Below are positions 53,620-64,000 of a stretch of 64,000 nt of DNA, piece by piece. The stretch's first letter is position 1; every line of letters starts with the position of its first letter. The notes under the pieces were generated by a model, which ran no database searches, was not told the origin of the DNA, and worked only from the letters and a program-made list of their open reading frames with translations. The DNA lies in assembly GCA_037447605.1 (NCBI GenBank), contig CM074821.1, positions 1,612,001-1,676,000 of the forward strand, in the 5' to 3' direction. This DNA is from Zygnema circumcarinatum SAG 698-1b. Lineage: Eukaryota; Plantae; Zygnematophyceae. The translations under genes were made by a program, and so were the position numbers.

Positions 53620-55304
53620 ATGGCGTGCAGGCTCGCGGCAGCATGGCCGCCTGCCGCCCTGCGAGCCACCCCCGCGGTGCCACGTGGCGCGCAGTACCTG
53701 GGAAGCGCGCTCCTAGGGCCACAGGGGAGGCCATGGACGCCACGTGGCAGCCTGCGAGTGGAGAGCAAGAAGGGGTTCGGGGAGTCGCAGGGCTCCGAGG
53801 TAACCCTAAACCGTTTTCTTCGACTATGCGGTGTATTCAGAAATTTAGTTGTTTTAGCAGTTTTAGGTTTTCTTTTGGATTTTTTGGACTTTTTGGGCTC
53901 TTTGGGTTCTACTTCACGTGTTTGGGAAGGGGTTCGAGAAACTCATGGCCTTCGAGGTTGCTGTATTCATGTCCTTAGAGAAGAGGGCGTGAATATTTTT
54001 AGAGAGGCAGACTGAGAAATTGACTACTCCAGGATTGTTGACACCTTCGAACCTTCATCAAGCTAATGACTGTTTGTCAGACGTTTTGTTGTTCGCTAAT
54101 TTCCTTTTGGTTTCGTAAATGGTACGTTTTGAGATTTTTAAGAAATGGAACTGCTATATGGCATCTGCGTTTAGAACAGTAAACTTGCTTAAATTGTGCA
54201 TAATTCTAAAAGCTAGCCGTTTAGTGCCGTAAATTTTTGTTCATGCTGTTCTTGCATTGCTCACTTAGCTTACAGCGCTGACCCTTCTTCCAAGGTCACT
54301 TACAGCCGGTGCTGTTGGGCCAGATAGGCAGCGAGTTGCCAGTGGTAAAAACCCCTGCAGATGAAGATTTCGCATTTGAAAAGCGACTTGCCGCTCTAAG
54401 AATGTGAGCGTCAACTTTCACTTTTATCTGCCTCTAAAGTTTGGAATGGGACCAAAGGAACAAACAGGCGAGTTGATTGAGTGATCGGCTGTCACTGCGG
54501 TATTGAATGAAGTATTGCGATTGATGTAAGTGCAGCTGAAGGAGGGCTGAGTGGGGGGAACTGTGTTTCTTGATCCTGAAGGTCCTGAATATTGTAAGAG
54601 CATATTTGGCACCACGGTTCAAGTATTGTTGGGAGTGGGAGCAGGGCAACTCCCGAAAAGAAGCGAATGCAGGAGGAGAAGGAGTTGCGGCCCTTAGATT
54701 ATGATGCTCCTATCGAGGAAAAGACAAGTAGTAACAATTTAGCGTTTGGGGTGAGAAGTCGTATATTGTAGCCCCTTTAGGTGCAAAGTATGCCTGCAAT
54801 TCTTCATCACCCTTGTAACCCACCTCATGTGTTGGGAGTGAAGAGTTTCTCCAGTCGCTGTTTTGATTCGATTCTTTAACGTCCCGTTGATGTGAAATGT
54901 AGGGTTTCCGCTTTAGTAATATTGAAGCATTCGTTTGTTGGGTACAATGCCGATCTTGACCCTTTGTCATCTTTATTCCCTGGAAAAGATGATTAAATTA
55001 CATGAAGTTGTTTGCACGCTTGACAGGTGGGAGGAGGTATTGCTGCTGTTGCTCTACTCGCTATCTTCTTATTTTCCGACATTTTACCTGACTCGGGGTA
55101 TGGCTTTCAGGACTTTCCCAGTTCTCACTTTGAACACATCTAATCTCTTCAGAAACTGAAAAATAAAAGCAGAGCATAGAGTTTAAAGTATAGCATTTAT
55201 GCATGCCATTGCCTCACCTTTTTTTGTACAGGAGGTCTGCCAATCGGTACAGAAAAGGGAGAAGAGAGAGAGAGAGAGAGGGAGAGAGAGAGAGAGAGGG
55301 AGAG

Positions 55305-55345
<41 letters not shown>

Positions 55346-56107
55346 TCAGAGCCTGTACTGACTAGTCGGCTATGGGCTGACATGAGAGCAGGCCCCGCCC
55401 CGTTCCAAGGGTTCAGCAAAACCCTGAACTTCAACTCTCTCCGCAGGAAAAGGCTACGCTTGAGGTGTGCCGCCATCTCCTTTCCCCCCTCTCCCTCGCT
55501 TTCTCCGTTTGCTCAACGCCTCTCTCGCACTATTTCTCTCTCTGCTCTCTGCTCTCACTCTCCCACTCGTTCCTCTACTTCCTCCCGCCCTCCCCATACA
55601 TCTGTCTCTTTATTTTCATGAATATATCCATAGATATCATGCATGTAGCCCTGCTTTGCCTCTCTTCCAATCTCCTTTCTATCGCAGGCTTCCTGTTCGC
55701 CTGAGCATCCTGAGCATCTCTCCCTCCCTCCCTCCCTCCCTCCCTCCCTCCCTCCCTCCCTCCCTCCCTATGCCTATGTGTTGCTGTGCCTATGGCCAAT
55801 CTGCGAGAGATTTTTTTGCACTCTTCGTTTTTGAGCAGCTGCAAGTGGAGCGTTTTGAATCTATTTTGAAATCCAATCCGGATGACACTGATGCCTTGGA
55901 GGTGAGCTATAATTTTTTTTTGAAGCCTGTAATTTGGACAATCCTGTGCTGCATAAGTCCTGCCCTTTAGTCTTTTTCTGCCTCCTTTGAATCCTAAAGA
56001 AGCTCTGCATGCAGGGTTCAGGCTCTTGCAGTAAGCTTTGCGGAGTTGGGGAAGTTTGACAAGGCAGCAGACCTGCTTCTTTCTCTGACACAGGTGCCAG
56101 CTCTCAT

Positions 56108-56165
<58 letters not shown>

Positions 56166-56208
56166 TTCCTCTCCTCTCCTCTCCTCTCCTCTCCTCTCCT
56201 CTCCTCTC

Positions 56209-56262
<54 letters not shown>

Positions 56263-58163
56263 CCCCCCTCTCCTCTCCTCTCTCTCTCTCTCCACTCTCT
56301 CCTCTCTCTCTCTCTCTCTCTCCTCTTTCCTTGCTTTCCGTCCCAATATTGTTCAGCCGCTAGTCATTAGCAGCCCAAGAGAAACGGAAGAAACAAAGGG
56401 GGCGCTCTTACTGTTGACATGTCTGCTTGGTTTTTCATTTCTATGCAGAAATTTCCCACAAACGTAGAAGCCATTCGTCTCCTTGCAGAGGTCCGAGCGG
56501 CGGAGGGCCAATATGAGGCGAGTGCCGAGGAATACAGAAGGGCCATCCGAGTAAGAAAAGTTCACCTTTATTCTCCCGAACTCCTTATGTACATTATAAT
56601 ATTAAAATATTCGTAAGGTGGTGTAATCCATTAACATCTTTTCTTAATCATTTCTGTCAGGAACGTGCGCATCTTTTTTTGCAGAAAAGTGTAAAAAAAA
56701 AAAAAACAAACAAACAAAACAAAACCCCGGCACGTCGAACTCCATGTTTCCGAAATAATTTTTCTTCAAGTCCCAATATTGGCTCATGTCTGCTGGAGAG
56801 GAAGAAAGGTACTCATTCTGATTTTGGTCTTTTGTGCGTACAGACGAGTCCTGAGGAGTCGTTGGACCTCTTGCAAGGTCTGACTGAAGTACTCATTTCG
56901 AGTGGCAGGCCAGATGAGGTAGCCGCATTCCCTCACATGTTTCATCTTTTGTCCATTCTTGTTCATTCTTGCGTTATAAGATAAGATGCAGGTACTGCTT
57001 TTTAGGGTTTAATGGTTTTTAGGGTTAGACGAATGCTGAATTCCACCATCAAATTTTCAAATTTTTTTCCTGTTCTGTGTGGCAGGCAGTGGGAGAGCTG
57101 CTTGCGGCAAAAGCGAGATTCAGATTGAGGGTTCAGACATTGGAAGCGGGAGAAGATACAGAGCGAAGCCAAGGCTTGGATGTTGTGCAGGTTAAACCCT
57201 CCCTAAGAAAAGAGAAGAAGAAGAAGAAGTAGAAGAAACAAGGGGGGAACAGGGTGGGGGAAAGAGAATGGGGAAGAGGAGGGGAAAGAGAAAATGTTGC
57301 AAACCCTAAATCTACACAGATGATCAATGAAGTGTCTGTTTTTTGGTAACCATACGAACGATTCACACTCACAACATCTGGTCGGAAACCAGTTTTTGAA
57401 AGGAGAACATGGAAATTGTTGCTTGGTTTGCAGGATTTTTTGGAAAGTTTTATGTGAGGTAGTCTGTGCTTTTGTGCTGCAGACCGATCTCCTTCTTGGG
57501 AGGGCATATGCTGCGGGAGATGACTTAGAGAAAGCGCTGCAAATTTACAGCGGCTTAATCTCATCGCGGCCGGAAGATTTCAGGGGCTACCTCGCTAAAG
57601 TAAAAAAAAAGGACCCTCCTGCATGTTCAGGTTTAGATGGAAGCGTAAATATTGACTTTATCAAGGTTGGCTTTACAGTGTACCCTGTTTCTTAGAGCCT
57701 CTTTTGATAAAGTTATGGGCTAGAGGGGGGGGGGGGGGTTTCAGGGGGTTTTGCTGAAAAACCAGAAAGGAAAGGAGAGTGAAGCTGTGCAGCTTTTCGC
57801 ACAGGTAAGTTGAAAATCTTCATTTTTACTGAACCCTAAGTCTGCTTTAAAGCTTTACTTACTTTACTTTACAAAGCTTTAGCTTTACTTATGTACTCCG
57901 CTTCCTAATTCTCTCCTGAAAGCCCTGTACTGTTAGAAGGAGGCGAGTTCGTGATAAAGCATGTACAGGACAGGGAGGATGAGGGCATGCGAAAATGTAG
58001 AGGATGCTGAACCAATTTTTTGGGAGACATTATAAAAATCTGCTTCAATTCATCTGTATTTTGTTTTCTTTTTTTTTTTTTTTTTTTTTTTTGGCAGGCA
58101 CGATACTTGGCGCCGGAAAACGCCAAGGGACTTGTGGACAAGGTGGCAGCAAGGAGAAGTTGA
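53620..58163 (+). CDS. Chloroplast-type single-TM TPR protein (At1g78915-like). Exons 53620-53799, 54306-54403, 54645-54750, 55027-55097, uncertain micro-exons ~55232-55464, 55839-55901, 56022-56093, 56449-56550, 56844-56918, 57086-57190, 57483-57599, 57745-57804, 58098-58163
   Basis: Transit-peptide-like start ending ..SKKGFG, then FEKRLAALR, RPLDYDAP, TM VGGGIAAVALLAIFLFSDILP, TPR helices, RPEDFRGYLAK|GVLL, AQ|ARYLAPENAKGLVDK. Similarity to At1g78915 is recalled. Confidence 0.82.
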
Positions 58164-59256
58164 AGGGCTGCTTTTGAAAATCATCTTTATCTTTATTTTT
58201 TTAGGTAGAGAGCATCGCTGCGCTGCGCTTCCTAGTTTTGCGGAATCAAATATCGAATTAGAGGGAGGGCTTCTGTCAGACAGGGCTATGTCTTTCATTT
58301 TTGTGTTTTTTTAATGGAGGGCGAAAGCAGAGATGGGTCCAATCAATCTTTTGAATAAAAGTTGAATCATCTCACGAGAAAAAATGGCCTCTTTTTGACT
58401 ATCATTGACGACTTCATCATTGAAGATTTCATCTTCTCTATCGCATCCCGAATCTCATCTGTTCACATACGTAAAAATAATGTCCCTCTGCCATGCATGC
58501 ATGTATGCATGTGATATTGTCATGCATGCATGGCACATGCATCCCCATCGCCAGACATCCCAATTCCTTCAATCCACCGAAAATTAGGGTTACCACAGAC
58601 ACCTTCCAGCCATGTAGTGGCCGTCGATCGGACATCTAATGGCTGCAATCCTCCCCTTTCTACATCCCGTGCCTCTCTCTCTCCCCTTGGCTTTGTAGTG
58701 GACAATGCGGCAGTTTTTGTTCTTATTTCTATTGGAGGAATTCAGCAAGGGATGTGATCGTCTTTTCTTTCCTCCGTACTCTTTCCTCTGGGAAGCTCCC
58801 TTGCTGGAAGTGGGCTTGCTTGGACTTGAGCAGAAAATGAGGATAAAATTGGGCGAAAAAAAAACCCATATCAGCCTTTACTGTTGTGATTTCGAAAAAG
58901 ATCGACTCAGCTTAAGTAACTTTAAAAACAAAACCATTTACAGATTTCATAATAATGCATTGCATCAGATTGAAGTCATGAAAATTTTATTTCTATTTTA
59001 CTTTTCAAAATTACATATTTCCGCCTTTGTTTCAATAAAAAAGGCAGGTCTCTATTGCGCCTAAGCGCAAAGCCTTACAATGGAATAAGGAACTCAGCTC
59101 CATTTGCCAAACAGCTCAAGGGAAAAAAAACACATACATGTGTTTAAGGAAACACTCCTTCAGCATTTACTAATTTGTATTTTTGGTTCCAAAAAATAAC
59201 AAGATTGCGAACTTTAGGGTTAATGAGAGAAGCACGGAGCACCTGCCAAGAGTCCC

Positions 59257-61700
<2,444 letters not shown>

Positions 61701-62263
61701 GGCCGCGCCAGCCGGGGTTCAGGGCTCAGGGTTTAGGTTCAAGGTTTAGGGTTCAGTGTTCCTAGGGTCCAAGGCTCACGGTTTTTTTGTAGGGTTCAGG
61801 GTTTAGGGTTTTCAGGTTCAGGGTCCAAGGTCAGGCTTTTTTCTTAAGTTCAGGGCTCAGGGTTTAGGGTGGGGTTCAGGGTCAGGGGTTAAGGCTCAAG
61901 GCTGGAGCAGACGGAGCTGCCCTGAACCCTAACCCGTACTGGACAACGCTGCCGTACGGTCGAACCAAGTGTACGTTGAGACCGTACCGTACGAAAATTA
62001 CCGTACAGGAAATGACGGTACAGTACCACACAAGATTATCCACCACGTGGCGGGTCGTTCTTGGCTGAGAGCCTGTGCCAGCGTGGAATAAATATCGCGT
62101 CAGCCACCACGTGGCAACTACGTGCGCCTAATCGACGGCTGCGATGGCTTTGAACTGCCACGTGGCATGAAATCTGCAGCTCCTCGGTCGGTACGGCTGA
62201 ACCCTCCGTACTTTTCGCTGTTTCCGCCTGAACCCGAGAGAGAGAGAGGGAGAAAGAGGGGGG

Positions 62264-62342
<79 letters not shown>

Positions 62343-62380
62343 ACCCTAATCCCAGCGAGGCGAGCTCGGCCCTTGCAGCC

Positions 62381-64000
62381 ATGGCGGCGGTGGAGGAGCA
62401 GCAGCTGCTTGCGCTGCAGGCGGCGCTGGAAGCGAAGCAGGAGGCCGTGACCACGCAGGGCGACACGGTCCGCGCGCTGAAGGGTGCCAAGGCGGAGAAG
62501 GAGGCGGTGGACGCCGCCATTGCCAAGCTGAAGGAGCTCAAGATCGAGCTGGAGGGCGCGGCCAAGGAGTACGGCGCGAGGGCGGGCGGGCGGGGCTCGG
62601 CCGTGCACAGAGAGGCTTTCAGGCAGGCGGTCAACAACGCGCTGCTGCAGCGCTTCTTCTTCATACCGTCCTTTGATATCTATGGCGGGGTGGCGGGGCT
62701 CTACGACTACGGCCCGCCGGGCTGCGCCGTGAAGTCCAACATTCTGCAATTCTGGCGACAGGTGAGAGGAGGGGGGAGGGGGTGATGCGATGCTTTTAGG
62801 GTTTTTTCTTAATGTGTTGGCAGGCGAAGGAAAAAATGCAGGCGTCAGAGGTCGCCCGCCGCCCCCCCTCCCTTTCTTGTGACAACTGTCAAAGAACTTG
62901 AGGCAGTTTTAATTATTCTCCAACTAGATGATGAAACATGTGTCGAGATAAAATAGTCTTTGCTCTTGGCTGAACAGAGGGAAAAAGTCTCGTTCAACTA
63001 TACATTTTGATGTTTTTCGATTGGGGTAATGGTCTAGACCCCCACTTCACATGTAATTCGTAGTACTTACATCCAAGGCTTATCCATTACTACCTCTACC
63101 ACTGTAGAAACGGGTTTGCGAAAGCTTCTTGCAGCTTCTTGACGACTTGCAGCTTTCCGCTGTCTCTTCCTTTAAGCCGAACAAGGCAGTTTGGGTATGA
63201 GAAGTTTGGTTTTTTCCAGTTTTGAAAATTCTCCCATAAAAGCCTTCTTGCAATTCTGCATGTGTATAGCTCCTCTATCTGCAGCGCTTAGATAGAAGAA
63301 CGTACGAGCCTCCGAGCGTATGTCAGGCGTTGATGTTAAATTCTTTTGTTGAGTTGCTGTTTCTAACGTTGTCTCTTCTTACGTCGTGTCCTTTGTATTT
63401 TCAGCATTATGTGTTGGAGGAAAATATGTTGGAAATTGACTGCCCTTGCGTTACTCCGGAGGTGGTTTTGAGAGCTTCAGGGCATGTGGAGAAGTTCACC
63501 GATCTGATGGTGAAGGATGAGAAGACTGGAACCTGCTACAGGTAAAGCTCTGCATTCAATAATGGTACGGTATTTTAATAACCGCGGTTTTGTACTCGTC
63601 GTATGATTGTCACAAGCAAAGCTCATCACACATCTCTCTCAAAGCCCAAACGCTCCTAAGGCTGAGCAGCATTGAAGTTGAACTGACAGCTTCATGTCCC
63701 TCTCCCCCTTCCACCTCATCCTCACCCTCCGCCTCCCCCTCNNNNNNNNNNCCCTCTTCCTTTGAATGCGAATAACCCTGCTAGTTGGGGCGCAGAGCGG
63801 ACCATCTTATGAAGGATCATTTGAACGAGCTGTTGGAGCAGGAGCCCCTCATGCCCGCCGCCAAGAAGGAGGACATAAAGCATCTGCTCGCCACAGTGGA
63901 TGAACTGAATGTGGAGGAGTTGGGAGGCAGACTTCGTGAATTCGGCATCAAAGCGCCGGACACGAAAAATGAACTTTCAGATCCTTATCCTTTCAACCTC
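62381..64000 (+). CDS. GARS: Glycyl-tRNA synthetase (eukaryotic homodimeric type, N-terminal WHEP domain), 5' partial; exons 62381-62761, 63405-63541, 63796->64000
   Basis: WHEP-like [29 protein letters not shown]; [24 protein letters not shown]; [15 protein letters not shown]; YRADHL; [16 protein letters not shown]. Confidence 0.96.

Overview
Eukaryotic, intron-rich, repeat-rich nuclear DNA from the green lineage. It is most likely a streptophyte (charophyte-type) alga; this is inferred from GT-AG introns, land-plant-like proteins and GC-rich codons, not determined. The left half (0.5-35 kb, all minus strand) is a putative glycan-modification cluster. It holds one 7-exon PC-esterase/TBL-like SGNH O-acyltransferase gene and four intact 5-exon paralogs of the SUB1-like, GT68-like (O-fucosyltransferase-fold) family. 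The acyltransferase and the nearest glycosyltransferase share a near-identical ~0.5-kb block (promoter repeats, 5'UTR, first 63 codons). The paralogs are separated by nested transposon islands: a Gag-protease LTR element and a solo LTR (both with 4-bp TSDs), hAT and TA-targeting MITEs, a ~1-kb foldback palindrome and a 1.36-kb (GGCATG)n array. The right half carries housekeeping genes: SUMO, a chloroplast-type TPR protein, ICMT/STE14 and the 5' part of glycyl-tRNA synthetase. Exon boundaries were read by hand and checked for phase. Family assignments rest on remembered motifs; no searches were run. Several N gaps limit interpretation.
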